From: Eledone cirrhosa
Taxonomy: Eukaryota
Direction of reading: 5' to 3'
NCBI GenBank assembly: GCA_964016885.1
Contig: OZ024741.1
Coordinates: 180,358,001-180,422,000, forward strand
Length of the DNA stretch: 64,000 nt
Shown: positions 39,410 to 55,087 of the stretch, piece after piece
How positions within the stretch are numbered: the stretch's first letter is position 1
Layout: each line of letters starts with the position of its first letter
Position numbers and translations under genes: made by a program
The notes under the pieces: model-generated
Told to the model about the DNA's origin: nothing
The model's input: only the letters and a program-made list of their open reading frames with translations
The model's database searches: none

Positions 39410-40330
39410 TATATTTTAGTAAACCTACGTAGTATATATGTTATATCTATGTGGCATATGATATGATATTATATCTATGTGATATGTATGCCATTGAATC
39501 TATGTGGTTTATATATGTATGTGGCATACAATAAATGCATGTGGAGTATATGTTATATCTATGTTATTGTATATATGTGGCATATGGCATGATATTATAT
39601 CTAGTGGATTGGCAGTATTGGTAGAGGGTCGGACGCCATGCTTTCCAGCATAGTTACGTCCCTTTACGATCTGAGTTCAAATCTCGCCGAGGTTGACTTT
39701 GCCTTTCATCCTTACGGGGTCGATAAAATAAAGTACCAGTAATGCACTGGGTAATTGCTGGCCTTGTGCCTAAAGTAGAAACAATTATATCTATGTTGTA
39801 TATGATATCCTATTTGTATGCAGAAGACATGTATTATTGTATCTCTGTGTTACGTCCCTTTACGATCTGAGTTCAAATCCCGCCGAGGTTGACTTTGCCT
39901 TTCATCCTTACGGGGTCGATAAAATAAAGTACCAGTAATGCACTGGGTAATTGATGGCCTTGTGCCTAAAGTAGAAACAATTATTGTATCTCTGTGGTAG
40001 ATATGTATTGTATCTATGTGGTATATGATATTATATCTATATGGTGTATGATATGTTATTATATCAATGTGGTAGACATAAGTTATTCTATCTATCTGGT
40101 GTATTCTATCTATATGTTGTATCTATGTCATAAATATGTTATTGTAACTATGTAGCATATGATATGATATTGTATCTATGTTGTATTATATGTATGTAGT
40201 AGGCATGTTATTGTATCTGTATAGTATATACGTTATTGTCTGTGTGATATATAAGATATTATATGTTTATCATAGATATATCTTATTGTATCTATGTGAT
40301 ATATATGTTATTGTATCTATATGGTATATG
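39410..40330. repeat. degenerate short-period tandem array (tgttattgtatctatgtggtata-like; also 38510-38660), interrupted by SINEs
   Basis: Recurrent tatctatgtgg / gttattgtat motifs. Confidence 0.65.
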
Positions 40331-40494
40331 ATAAAAAAGAAGTAGGTTGGGATCAAACCTGGAACTTCGTGATTACAAAACAACAAACTTCTTAACCACT
40401 CTGCTATAACTATGTCTTTCACACATTTGTATATGTTAGCAGTAGTGAATGTATACTTCCTTATACATTCACTACTGCTCACGTATATCTTTGA

Positions 40495-40900
40495 TACTTT
40501 CATCCTACCAGTTGTGTTATATGGTCTTGACTGTGTTAATTGAACGACAAGGTCACTTCAGAAGCTCTCTATATTCCAGAACCACATCATGAGACTTATG
40601 AGTGGCAAGCAGCTCAGCGACCGTATCTGTATCAGTGTGCTGCTCAACATTACCAAACTTAGACCAAATACATCAATTGTCATGTCAAGAGTACTCAAAC
40701 TATATGGCTATATAAAAAGATCAACTTGTGGCGTGAGTAGGTTATGCCTGGAAGGAAGGTTGACTGGGAAGATAAGCAGAGGCTAGCAGCCAAAACAATG
40801 GCTTGACAATGTCAATTCATGGACTGGACTTGATCTTTGCTCTTTGAACTCTGCTGCTGGTGATCGAACTTTGTGGAGATATCACATATTAATGCACAGT
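40495..40900 (+). mobile_element. decayed RTE-type LINE 3' fragment
   Basis: Encodes ILPVVLYG, LKLYGYIKR and LEGRLTGKISRG. Confidence 0.6.
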
Positions 40901-41461
40901 CTGCAACTGGCGGAGTTTAGCGTCACAAGAGAGTGAATGTATGTTCTACATGAGCTGTAGATAATCACAACTGAAGTAGCTTCTGGGTCTGAAAAGCAAT
41001 CCTAAACATTTGGATGCAATTTTGTAATACGAGATTATCAACAATTGTAAACCACACTGTAAACGTGGTTGGTGTTAGGAAGGGCATCCAGTCGTAGAAA
41101 ACCTGCCAGACAGTCCTATACGAGCGAGATGACCAATCTTGCCTCAAGTCGGACAATTCCCGTCTAAACCCATGTTAGCGTGGAAGATAGACGTTAAACG
41201 ATGATGATGATGATGATGATGATGTAAAGTCTAGTATCTATGGTGACAGAAGGTTTTAAGTATGTGTCAAATGGGTGAGTGTACAATCACACTGGCTTTA
41301 ATCATAGACAAGTAGATAACCAAGAAACTTTTTTATTGCCAGAAATATATAATAAAACAGACTCACTGTTTGGTTTGGGTTAGTTTTCACTTCCGTATAT
41401 TTTATATCTCTATAGTTAATTTAGCTGGCAATCAATGTTAAAAATATATATATAAATATAT

Positions 41462-43150
41462 ATATAATCTCTCGGAGTTCTTTTGTCACACACCTGTGAC
41501 ATCATCAGTGATACTATCATGTTTCCTCCCGTTGTATTGTAATGTTTACTTATTCTATTTTTTATTTATTTATTCATTGTTGTCTCTGTTTGCGCATGCG
41601 TTTGTGTGCAAGTTTTCTGTTTGGTGTGTGTTCATGTGTTCATGTCTGACTGTGTGTTTGTATTCTATCTTTGGTGACTAGTGTGTGTTTATGTGTGATT
41701 GTTTTTATTGTACCTGTGTACATTTATTTATATTTATCTTAGGTCACTATTATATGTTTGTGTATGGTTCTTGTTGTTATTCCATTCATGTTTTCTGTTC
41801 AACTTCAGTTTTCTTAGTTCTATTTCAGTTGCCTCCCTAATTTGTCTACATGTTGAGTCATTTCTATGTTTAGATATTATTTTAATTTCTATGGAACAAA
41901 TAAATTGTAAAACTAAAAATGTAGTCTATAGCATAAGATGTATAGAGAGTACTTGCAGAAATATGACAATGACATACATAGGAGAGACAACCTGGAGCAT
42001 AGAGGATGGATTAGACCAACACTGAGGTGTACTAAAAGGACAAAAAGATGGTTTGGTACTGCATGAACATGCTATATACTACATTTCTAGTTTTACAATT
42101 TATTTGTGGATTTATTCTACATATAACACATTTCTTATTAGTACAGTGGGTTTTCTTAAAGGGGTAAGTTTTGCTGATCAGGGATTTTATGGTAGTTCCT
42201 GGCTTTTCTATCACTTTAATCTTTAAATGGGTTTTTCTTAGGGCCTTTCTAAATTGGTTAGCTAATTCACCTCTACGGGTTGCATCCATGATCATGACAC
42301 TCTGGTATCTCTGATTGTCATACCATGAAGTGGCTTTCCCTATCTTTTGTTTAGTTCTATCTAAGCTATTCCATGATTTGCTCCTGTACAGTGGGCAAAT
42401 CCCTTTCATGTCCATTTCTATGAAGGTATTATATTTCTCCATGGCTCCTTTGTATACTCTGATTCTGTCTCTTTGGTTGTAGCCAGAGAACTGCATGTGG
42501 TTGATGAAGTGTTGGATGTGTCTCTCCAGTTCAGTTGGATCACACATGCGAGACACATCACTCTTACCAAGTCTGTGACCAGAATATTAAACTTAGCACT
42601 ATTGGACATCGCTGCGTTTTTGTGTATAAGACATTTGGAGGCCATAGATTTAGCATAATGTGAGTGGAGAATTTGGGTTTTCTCGTTTATAGTGTGTAAC
42701 TAGAGTTCTGTGTCTAATACTGATAGTCTATTGTTAGGGTGTTTGGAATGGTAATCGATAGTTACTATAATGCTCTGGTGTATAGATTTAACTATCTGCT
42801 GAATGCTCTCCATGGTGTTAGTTTCTAATTTGAGTTTATTGGTACTCTCTTGTAGGGGTGTTTTTATTACTATATTGATATCTACATAATGGGAGTACAT
42901 TTCAAGAGCTATGGAGTTCTCTCCTAGTCTCCCGAGTCTCCTTTCCCACCATACTACAAATAAATATTGCCAGCTCTGCTGATGCCAATGGCTGCTCCTT
43001 CATCTTGGCTGTAAATTTTCTGGTTAAATATGAACATGTGGCCCTTTAGGGTAGTTTTAATACTAGCCCCTACTACATGTACGATCATTTTTCTCACCTG
43101 ATCGTTGTTCTTGGGTGTCTGTATGGCTTTGGTCCACCCATTCTATCTTC
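41462..43150 (-). mobile_element. Penelope-like retroelement remnant with inverted endonuclease segment
   Basis: RT remnants (FIFNQKIYSQ..GAAIG, YVD, LSVLDTE), thumb MQFSGY, C..CVIC linker, GIY-YIG NVVY..YIGET; decayed HHR at the 3' end. Confidence 0.82.
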
Positions 43151-45020
43151 CTATGGGAGTCTTTTTAGCCATCAAAATTATGGCAAAATCTTTGCTGAGA
43201 AAGCCTAATAAGACCAAAACATGTCTTCTCTATTTGTTAAATTAAACAAAATACTTTTTTTATTGAGCTAATGTCCTATTTTATTTATTTATTTTTTAGT
43301 TGCCATTATGATCATCATTATGATTATGATCATCATTGTTTTTATGTCCACTTTTCAATGCTGGCATGGGTTGGATGATATATTTTAAGGCTATGATTTA
43401 CAGCCAGATGCCCTTTTTGACACCATGACACCAACCCTTTTAGTTGCCTCTTATGGCAAGGAAGGATATGGTCTATCTATTCTAGAAACCAGGATACATG
43501 TTCATTACATAAAATATGTGAATTAATATTAACTTAAAAATCAGAATAAATGACTAGTAAAATAGTAAAACTTAATTTTATCCCTCTCAGTTTTGGGTTC
43601 AAATCACATTGGGGCTGATTTGCTTTCATTCTATTCTTTTTGAGTGGATACATTAAGGCACAGATATGGCACCTTGGGCAAGTATCTTCTGTAGCTTTGG
43701 GTTGACCAGTGCTCTCTGAATGAAATTTAGTTAGCAGAAACTGCAGAAGCCCATCGTATATGTGTGTCCTTTCATATCTGTGCCGGTGTTTATGTCTAAT
43801 AACTTAGCGTTTCAACAAAAGCTTGAAGTCGATATGATTTGTTAAATCCCTTTAAGGTGGCGCACCAGCATGGCCACAATTTAATGTCGAAAGCCAGTAA
43901 AAGAATAAAATGGTGGCTCTCAGTCTTTTCATTACAAAAAAAAATTTTTTTTTATTCAAACGATTTTCCCCGTGGATCTCCCCACTGCAATTACTCCTCT
44001 CTTAGAATGTTATACGGCAGAGAAGAAAGGAAAGCCAGTTGTGTGTGAATCAGACTTGTCAACTTTCCCCGTCCGACAGGGAGATCTCCCACCCACATTG
44101 GGGTGGGTGAGAGATGTCTTCTCTTATGAAAATAGGCGGTGGATTGGCAGTATCGGTAGAGGGTCGGACGCCATGCTTTGACGCATAGAGTTACGGCCCT
44201 TGCTATTCTGAGTTCAAATCCCGCCGAGGATAACTTTGCCTTTCATCCTTGCGGGGTCGATAAAATAAAGTACCAGTAATGCACTGGGTATTTGCTGGCC
44301 TTGTGCCACAAGTAGAAACAATTACGTAAAATCTCCCCATTTTGCCTCATTTCTCCCCGTTTTGGGGCACTTTTTTTCATGGTACTACCATGAGATTTTA
44401 GAGGTTGGCAGGTCTGGTGTATAATTATGTTTGTATAAAAGTAAATAAAATCATGAGCAACTCACCAAGGATGGGAATTGCTGGAATAAAAGAATAATTA
44501 CTAGATATACTAAGTTTAATTATATCGGCAACAGACTTATGTTCCCAGATGTGGTCAGTACAAAACCAATATTAAGAGGACAAGGGAGGAAACTCTTAAT
44601 GAACTTCAGGACTCTCATAGTGCAGCGCAGCTTGTTATTGACAATGGTTGTTATCCGTCATCGTGTGACGAAGTTATATAGTATCATAATATGGCCCAGT
44701 TTTTATATTCTTTTCTTTTACTACTTTCAAACAATAGATTGCACCACTTTATTTAGTTTTATCGACCTCAGTACTTCTTTTTTCAAGTCGATCTCTTTTT
44801 GTCGAGATACTAAGTGACAGGACATAAATATAAATACAGACGGAGAGAGAGAGAGAGGGGGGGGGGTTTAAAATATGTCTAAATTGAGAGATAGATCAAT
44901 AATGAAAAACAAAGAAAACAAGCACGGAAGGCAGTTTAGGTTAATGCTTTTGTGAAAGGGAAAAAGGAGTGTATTTGAGGTATCAGACGTTAGTGCTTCA
45001 CCCGGAAAGAAACAAGAGTA

Positions 45021-45089
<69 letters not shown>

Positions 45090-45180
45090 AGATTTTTTAA
45101 TGCAGTTAATGGGGGAATCAGGAGGGATGAGGTGAACTAGTGTATATGTGTATTTATGTCTATCTGAAGACATGTATACA

Positions 45181-45354
45181 CAGTGCCGGATTTAGGACAA
45201 ATGACGCCCTGTAATAGTTAAGTTATGAGGCCCCTTACTTGGACCCTGAAATTGGTAAAAAATTGTTTGGTCAGGATGATGCCCATCCCCATCCCCTGGT
45301 CATCGGGGGACCTATGCTTAAGCACACCTAAGCACAATTGTAAATCTGGCACTG
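45181..45354. mobile_element. hAT-type MITE
   Basis: TIRs cagtgccggattta / taaatctggcactg; 8-bp TSD tgtataca / tgtatgca. Confidence 0.8.
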
Positions 45355-46599
45355 TGTATGCAGCTGTAGTGGCTGACCATCTGGGCCTATCAACGATGCT
45401 GGTGTGCGCGTGGGATTGCCGTGTATCGTGTGAATGTATTCGTTTGCATAGATGCGTCAATCTAACTGTATGTGTATATGTGCACGCGTCGTGTATGTGT
45501 GTGTGTGTACGATATAGATGGTATTTGGTATACGTGCGTGCAATTAAGTATATGCGTTTGTTTATGTATGTGTGTGTTTTGTTGTCAAGCTATGTAAATG
45601 TGTGAGTAAATCAGTGCACACGTGTGTATGACGTTATCTGCATTACGCCCGACAAATTCAACCAGAGACATTTGTCCAAGATGCCATGCAGTGGGATGAA
45701 CCCAAACCTCGTTTGTAGTAATCATGTGAAACCGTCTGCCATAGCCTGCCATCATGTAACACTGTATATATTTTTATAGTTGGCAAATTGGCAAAGGTCT
45801 TGTGGAATAAATTTCAGTTTTTTTTGCGCTCTGAATTCAAATTCCATCGAGGTCAATTTTGTCTTTCCTTTTGTCAGGGACGATAAAATAAAGTACTATT
45901 TCAAAGCGGGGAATTAGTGGAATTTCTAGAGCATTAAACAAGGTGACTTTCAGTATTTATTCTGGTTCTTCGCGTTCTAAATTCAGATCACACTGTGATT
46001 TACACAGATGTCAAACTTAATTTGTTGCCTTGTTTAATACCACTACCTGGCACTTGTTTTAAAGCCCATAGACTATAGCTATTTTCTTCCTCATACTGCT
46101 CACAATCATGTTTTGCCATGTTCCAGTCTTCATGTCTGTTCTTTCTCATTTCACAAGAAGTCGAAAGAGGAAGAAAAGGCTGGTTGATGCATATGTGTCG
46201 TTGGTGTTGGTATTGATGTTCTTTTTTAAAGAGGGAACTCCTCTGCTGTTATACTCATCAACACTCTTCTCTAGTGTCACGATCTTCGTTTGAGTATCGC
46301 CTTATATTGCCGCGGTTGCTGTTGCTGCAGCTGTTTTTGATGCTCCTGTATCTGTAGTCACCACAGCAGTATGGATCCATGCTGGCTTTTATCTTTTGTT
46401 AACAGAATGCCAATATGGGTGGAACCTAGGTATTCTACCTTCAATTATAACGATCTGTTGGGTATCGTACAGGAGGGCTATCTAGCCGGGGACCATGTCC
46501 AAATTTTCTGGCTGTACTTGGATTAAGATCTTCGTGCCTATTCCACACCAGTTTTCCTAACAGCACCTGTTTGCATCTAGGATTGTGTCTACTGTATAT

Positions 46600-47210
46600 T
46601 GGTCTCCATGTTGACAGACAAAACAGAATACACAAGCTTAGATAAAAAAGGAACAATCAAAACAATATCCGGCACACCTCTCAACTCTGTAGAACAATTT
46701 ATTTATCTGGGTAGTAAAATCTCTAGCTGCGAAAGCCATGTAAACACACGCATGGTAAGGCCTGGAGTGCTATCGACAAGTTACCTCTAGTGTGGAAATC
46801 TAGACTTCCAGACGACATGAAAAGGAACCTCTTTCAAGCAACTGTTACCTCTATTTTATTGTATGGCTGTTCACCATGAACCATTACCTCAAAACTGGAA
46901 AGAAGATTAGATGGAGCTTACACTTGCATGCTAAGAGTGACTTTGAATGCCACTTGGAAAGATCGTTTAACCAATGAACGACTGTATTGGAACCATCATC
47001 CAGTATCAGGCATCATCAAAGAGTGTAGCGTCAGAGCATACACAAGGAAGCATACACAAGGAAGAGCTAGTAGAGGACAACAAGCCAAGACCTACATCAA
47101 TCAGATTTGTAACGACATAAACTGCAAACCCTCTGGCCTGCGAATATGATGAACAATAGAATTGGATGGCGACAGAGAGTCAAGGGAATCAATGCAAGCA
47201 AGTATATAAG
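46600..47210 (+). mobile_element. decayed RTE-type LINE 3' fragment
   Basis: Encodes VEQFIYLGS, ILLYGCSP, RLDGAYT.MLR and W.DR.TNE.LY. Confidence 0.7.
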
Positions 47211-50200
47211 ACAACACATACCGCCAGACATTTAATCTTGGTAGCACATCCAACACCTTCACTTTTGTCACTCACCAGTCTATGTATGCAGAAACATAAC
47301 TAGGTAAAGTAGCACCTATGACAAGCAGTGAAATTGCGCCTCTGCCTAGCACTGTATTTTTACCTATGGCTTTAATAATTTATATAAAGGGTTTAATGAT
47401 CCAGCCACGGTAGTGTTCTCATCCATGATAATCAGAGACATACATCTGAAGGAGTTTCTTTTTTCACTCTCCGACGAGGCTTATTTGACTTTAATAGAAC
47501 GTGCTCCTAGTCAAGGAGGCGCCCCTTTCATGTGGTGCCTATGACACGTGCCATGCTTGCCATACCCTAGTTACGCCCCTGTATGTATGTCAGAATGAGG
47601 AGAAATTCCTCACGCAGATGAGTGCCTTGAGCAAAAGATTCTGAAAAGAATCTCACTGCAACCATCCCATAACACCTGGTGCATGTGACAAATCTGCATT
47701 GCATTATTTGTTCCTTGAAGGTCGATGGATTAGCAGAATCGGTAGAGCGTCGACACCCTGCTTTGCGGCATAGAGTTACGGCCCTTTTCATTCTAAGTTC
47801 AAATCCCGCCGAGGTTAGCTTTGCTTTTCATCCTTACTGGGTCGATAAAATAAAACACCAGTAACGCACCGGGGTCGATTTAATCGACTTTCCCCCCTCC
47901 TCCAAAATTTCTGGCTTTTAATTCTACAGAAGAAATCATTATTTGTTCATCGGGTACCTTTTTTTAACCAACACTATCTAATCGACAAATGTAAACACTG
48001 CTTTTATATGCAATATCTTCGTAAGCAAAAAAAAAAAAAAAAAGAAAGAAAGAAAAGAGGAGCCAGCCAAACTAGTTTCAATTCTGTAGTACAGTGCTGT
48101 TAGAAAACATTTGACGCAGCTGCAATTTATGGAGTAGTTTAGACACAAGGATAGTAAATTTGGAGGATGGGCAAAGTATATTAAATCAACCCTAATACTT
48201 GATTGGTACAATATTTTAGGCAGTATCGGTAGAGTGTCGGACAACAAGCTTTGTGGTATAGAGTTACGGCCCTTTGCGTTCTGTGTTCAAATCCCACGAT
48301 GGTTAGCTTTGCCTTTCATCCTTGCAGGGTTGATAAAATAAGGCACCATTAACACCCTGGGGGTCGATTTAATCGACTTTCCCCTTTCCCAAAATTGATG
48401 CCCTTGTGCCTAAATCAGAAATAATTATTTTATCAAACGATAAAATAAAGTACCAGTAATGTACTGTGTAATTGCTGGCCTTGTGCCAAAAGTAGAAACA
48501 ATTATTTTATCAAACCCAGAAGGATGAAAGGTAAAGCTGACCTCGGTGGGATTTAAACTCAGAATGTAAAGGACCAGATCAAATGTTGCAAAGCATTTTG
48601 TCCGACGCTATAATAACACTGCTAAACAACCTACCTCAATGTGACAATATGTTATTAACCGAACTAGCTACAAAGAATACATTACATATCCAAATTGGTC
48701 TAAGTTGTTTAATAGTGAGTTTATAACCAGTGTTTCTACGAACAATTAGAGGGAGCGTACTCAGTAGCTAATGAAATCCTCAAAACAGAATGGACCTTTG
48801 TTTTACGAGTCTCTGTTCTATTAGATGCCAGTAAGTCGTTAGAACATCAGATAGGATGCTTTCGAGTATTCGTTCCATACTCTACGTTCCGAGTTCAAAT
48901 TTTGCCAAGGTCAACTTTGCCAGTCATCCTTTCGAGGTTAAAAAAAAAAGAAAAGTACCAGTTCAGTACTGAGGTCAATCATTTCTCTATATTTCTTTCC
49001 CCGCCCTCTCTTTGTTCAGACATAGTCAGGAGACGGGCTTCACAAGGCTTAAAAGTGCCCGAGAAATGCTGTATGCTGCTACAGCGCCCCTACAGGTTCA
49101 TACATACATTAGGTACTTGTGCAACGTCAAAAGATATCGAGAGCCGGTCTTTAATTTACATATGGTTAACCCGTAAGAGAACTTATGAGAATTTTCCCAT
49201 ATTTATTTATAGAGAATGTAAGATATTAGAGATCGACTCTCACACCTTAGCCTCTGGTTTCCATACTTCAAAAGGATATTGATTAAAATAATTAAGAATC
49301 CCAACTTTAGAGGAATTGGAAATTAACAGCGTGACGTTCAAACATTTCCCGAAGACGTTACCGGCATAACGCAAAGAGAAATATTATCATTTCTGCCGAG
49401 CACTTAACATCGCAGCCACTCGTCTCCGCTTAACCTCCTCGTCTGCTACAAATTTCGCTAACCACAATATATATTACATGTTACATATTTAACAACAGTG
49501 AGCGGCATTGTCAAACACATTTTGTTTCTTCTATCTTATCTGGTAGTTGTTAGTCAACACCCACGCAGTTTTACAATCACAACCCTGTAATAGTTTACAG
49601 TGATTTATTTACTTTAATCACGGAATTGTCCGAAAATTCCCGTAGTTTGTCGAAAAAAGAACCTTCTTTTAATGTTTACATGACATTAATTCACAACTTG
49701 TGTCAAAGCTGCTGTAGGTGATAATGATAGTTCTCCGCCACTCTCATCGTTTCAAAGAAAACAGTGTTGCGGTCATCAAAATCCCCACTGAATAATATCA
49801 CAACCACAACCACCACTACTACTGCTGCTGTTACTACTTCTATTACTACTACCATCAAAACGACTTTCATTACATTAATACCACTATTGGCATCACAACC
49901 ACTGTCACGGCTACTACTAATATCACAAACACTACAATTACCACTACATGCATCAGTGACGCGGCCACCACTAATATCACAACCACTACTAATATTACTA
50001 CTTCTGACACCACTGTTACTGCTGCACAACTGCAGCTAGACTACTACTACCACTGTTGCTACTGCTGATATTGTTACTACCACTACTTTCGCCGTCCCCA
50101 GAGATGTGTAGCCGGTAGTTGTGACAGAAATTATTAGTCAGGTACAAACAACACAGGAAGATAACTTGCCGTCATTCTTTACACTCAATCTTCAAGTCAG

Positions 50201-51322
50201 TGGTCAACAATTCACCGCCCCTCCTCTGTTTTTTTACAGTTGCACTAATTAAACCATTTCACCCTCACTCCACACACCAAAGCACCATGTCTTTTAGTTT
50301 TGTAGATTCCTTTTGGGTGAACAATGTAAGTACTTCTTATTTGATTATCCGCTTCATAATCTTATCATCGTCCGCACACCGACACATTTCAAGATACATT
50401 ATCCACGAATATCTTTCCTTCGCATTTAAACATTTGATCTATACAACAGCCTTCAAATCTCTCTCTCTCTCTCTTCCAATTTCTCATCTTAAAAGGGAAC
50501 CCATAGTCTTTGTACATTTCATTGATTACTGGTACACACACACACACACACATACCACCACCACCACACACATATATATATATACATTATGAATGGTTTT
50601 CCGAAGAGGAACTGAAAGGAACCAGAGTTGAATAAGGTAGTCAATCCGTTAGAAAAGAATGTACAATTGTATTTCTTATAGAAGTGACTTCTACAGGAAT
50701 AGAATATATATATATATATATATATATAGCTTTGGTTCCTTGTCGGATATTCACTTATTGTTATTGTCAAACCCGAAGTCAACCACATCCGACCGATCCC
50801 AGAATAGACATGATAATAAATCTTGAAAGAGCGATAAGCGATGAATATTAAAAAGAAAACCCACACGTTCTAATATTGATTAATGAAATTAAGTATTTTT
50901 TAAAAAATGGTTGTATGGAAGGACTCATTCATTATAAATATACATTTTACATATTGGATGGGTCACACTGAGATGAAAAAAATATGTAACGTTATTTTCA
51001 CTTTCACTGGACCGCTCTGACATTTCTATAACACCAAAACCATCGCGGCAAATATCTGCCAATATTTCGATTTAAGGGATCTATTATAGGTTATTGGCAA
51101 CAGCTTTTTTTAAGTTGACTCATTTGAAAATCGTTGTCGACGCAAACCTGTTTAAATATTTATGTGTGATATCCAAATATTTTAAGCTTATGTTTATGTG
51201 CAGCAATATATCTGTATAAAGGCCTATTTTCTAGTATGAACGTGTGCGCGTGTGTGTAGGTATATAAGTGTGTGTGTGTGTGTATATATATATACACATA
51301 TATAGGTGTGTGTGTATGCATG

Positions 51323-51371
<49 letters not shown>

Positions 51372-53898
51372 TCACACACACACATGTATATAATGTGTGT
51401 GAGTGTGCGTACACACACACACATGTATACAATGTGTGTGTGAGTGTGCGTAATATAAATGTTTGTGTACTGCATACTTGTGTTGTTTTTTTAATGTGTG
51501 AGGAGTGCTTGAAATATACCAAATCCTTCTTTATATTTTTGTTAATTTTCCCTGTGTTTCTCCCACTGCGCGAGCATACGCATGTCATTGCATTCTGATA
51601 CACTGGAAAAAATCAAAGCATAAAAGTCAGTTTGATATAGCATAAGATTAATAAATATTTACAACCAACCAAAACACCTTCAAAGTGATATTAAACCGAT
51701 AGGTTTCTTACTGATAGGACTGCGGTGTCAAATTTCAATCGTTAACACCAGTTACTCGTGATTTACACTTTAATATTCATGTATCTACATTGAATTATTT
51801 AGGTACCATGTCTCTCTCTCTCTCTCTCTCTCTCTGTATATATACACGTACATACACCACACACATACTATAGATGTGATTCAAGTGCCTGTAGTTTCGT
51901 GACCAGTAATACAGAGATATCACAAAATAGATAGACACGTATGTGCCTACATGATCATGGATCCTTGATGCAGGGAATGATCTGCGAATGCCCCCCTCCC
52001 TGATCTCTCCTCCTTAGATGTCCCCCCCCCCCCCCCATCCTGGTTTGTTAGCCAATGTGCAACACCCTTAATAGATGTACTGTATTTGTTTCTTCAGGTA
52101 TTCTTTTAGTTCAATTTTCTGGCCAGTCATTGTAAGTAGGCTCATTTGTATGCTACCTACTGTTACCCCTTTTGTGACTGTATTTATAATAAAATACCCT
52201 TTATTTCAAATAATAAAGAATGTTAAGGGATTTATTTAAACTATTATTTCATAACTAAACATAGTAACTTAAAAATTGGTATCAAATAGGTTACAACTGG
52301 AGTGATGACATGAATAATTATCATAGTTGCAGTATGGCAATTTTCAATGTCTATTATTCACTTTTGTCAAACAGCTGTTCTTGAATTAATCTAGAAATGG
52401 TCAGCTGACAAATATATGTGTGTGTGTTTGTATATCTATTTATATGCATTTGTCAATATATATATTTATATATAATATGTATGTTGATTATGTTTTTCAA
52501 TAAAAATGCTCAAAGGACCTTGGTCCAGAGCATCAATAATTCAATTTAAAAGATATATAAAGAGAGCGAGAGAGAAAGAGTCATATATCGTTTGAGAAAT
52601 TCATAACATTTTGTACACATATACTGACCAGTCAACCTCTAAAAATTCAAATGGGGAGTACCACGAAAAAAGTACCCCAAAACAAGGAAAAATATGGCAA
52701 AATGGGGATATTTTACATAATTGTTTCTACTTTTGGCACAAGGCCAGTAGATTACTGATACTTTATTTTATCGACCTTGTAAGGTTGATAATGAAAGCTA
52801 TGTCCATTTTCAAAACAGAAGACATCTCTCACCCACCCCAAAGGCTATTTCAACCCCCCCCCCCTTTGGAGGGGAGAGTTGACTGGTCTGCCTATATAAA
52901 GCACATAATATTCAGGAAAAAGTACATACTTTATGGATGAAAGGCCATTATTTTCTTTATGGCACCATTCCATAGTTTGTAAACTGGAGCAAAAATCAAT
53001 CTAAGTAATCAATTATGGATTACCAACTATCGATTTTGAGGAAGCTACAGAAGGCACAGAACAAATTGTGAGAGGTACAGTCTTTATAGATGTCCAATAG
53101 AGTACAAAACACCTTTATATCTGTAGGATCTGAGAGTTAGTTAAAACCATACACCTTCTTCTAGTAGATACAACGTCCAATCCTATTTATATTTGCCTGG
53201 ACAGTTGAAACTTTTTTCACACCATGCAATGTGTATATATTGTGTGCGTGTGTATATATATATATATACACACTCCCGCAAATCTCCAAAATGGCTGACT
53301 GAATCTGCACATGTGATTTTCCCCCCTTTTTTTTTTCTCATTTTTTCCCCTATTCCATCCTCTTCTCACTCTTTATCTTTCTATTTTATCTTTTATTTCT
53401 AACTCTATCTTCAGATGAAGGACTATTGTCCGAATTGTTAAAGCTCTTTTCCTGCTATTTCAATCATTAAACTAATATATTTCTTCAATGTACTGTGCCG
53501 TTTGCTTTGTAATTTCTGTTTACTTTTTACACACACACACACACGCACACACACACATGGCTTAGTGGTTAGAGTGTCGAGCTTACAATCATGAGGTTGT
53601 GAGTTCAATTCTCGGACTGAGCTTTGCATTGTGTTCTTGAACATGACACTTTATTTCACGTTGCTCCAGTTCATTCAGCTGTTTCATAGTAAAAAAAAAA
53701 TGAAGGGAAAAGCAAAATCAATCTAAGCAATCAACAATCAATTCTGGTAAAGTGAATGGAAGACAGTGAACTAATCATCAGAGGAAATTATCTTTACATC
53801 TGTTCCACACTGTAAAAATATCCTTTTATCTGATGAGAGAGTCTTTCTAAGTTTCAACTCCATATGCATATATATATATATATGCATATATATATATA

Positions 53899-53973
<75 letters not shown>

Positions 53974-53980
53974 ATATATA

Positions 53981-54810
53981 GCCGCTAAAGGGTTCTCCCT
54001 AAAAATGAAAGGCAGGTTGTATGATGCCTGCATACGAACAGCAATGTTGCATGGCAGTGAGACCTGGGCATTGTGTGCAGAGGATATACGCAGACTAGAG
54101 AGGAACGAAGCTTGCATGCTCCGTTGGATGTGTAACAGTAATATACGTGAACGGCAAAGCATAAACGAACTAAGGAAAAAATTAGAGATAAGAGGGATCA
54201 GATGTTGTTTACTCGAGAGAAGGCTACGTTGGTATGGACACGTGATGCGCATGAAAGTCGATAGCTGTATAACAAAGTGCAGGGCAATAAAGATAGACGG
54301 TAGCCACGGAATAGGCAGACCTAGAAAAACCTGGGACGAGCTGATAAACTCCGACCTCACACACTTACACCTCTCCAAGACAATGTCACTGGACCGAGAC
54401 CTTTGGCGGTACTCAGTAACAGAGAAGACCCGCCTTGCCAGTAGGCATCTCTAACAAAATACACCCCGTCCCGCCACCACCCCCACCCCATCCACACCAC
54501 CCCGTTCTATGTAAAGTTATGTTGGTGCCGCGCCATCCAGGCCGAAACAAATGAGATCGTGTAGGTGTCACGACAAAAAACACACAGTCCACGCTGTAAT
54601 GTGGCCGTGTAGGCAACACGGTAAAAACCTCCCAGACCCACACTGTAAATGTGGTTGGTGTTAGGAAGGGCATCCAACTGTAGAAAACATGCCAGACAGT
54701 CCTATGCGAGCAAGACAATCACTCTTGCCTCAAGTGGGACTACCCCCGTCCAAACCCATGCAAGCGTGGAACACGGACGTTAAACGTTGATGATGATGAT
54801 GATGATGATA
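53981..54810 (+). mobile_element. RTE LINE 3' fragment (young) next to (TA)n
   Basis: Uninterrupted [10 protein letters not shown]...[12 protein letters not shown]...GRPRKTW, then 3' UTR and (gat)n tail. Confidence 0.9.
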
Positions 54811-55087
54811 TCATAAAACATGTCTATAGAATCACCAGATAAAATATATACCGTTTCCTCTCCCAATTAGCATAATTAACCATATAAAAAATCAATTAGA
54901 CCAAGCTATAAGAATAAAGGCTCCTATGAAGAAATCTCCGACAAATAACCGAAAGCAGCCCCTTCGCGGCAGTTACGACGGATCATTTATGGAATATTTC
55001 GACAACATGTATGAATCGACCAGATATACAGTCAACTAAACAGAATTAGGTGTAAAATAAACTAGAAGAAAAGTGTACATATTTAAT

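Noticed and set aside
53825-53862. CTGATGA followed by gag...ctc
   Set aside because: Truncated by a TA tract; no GAAA half.
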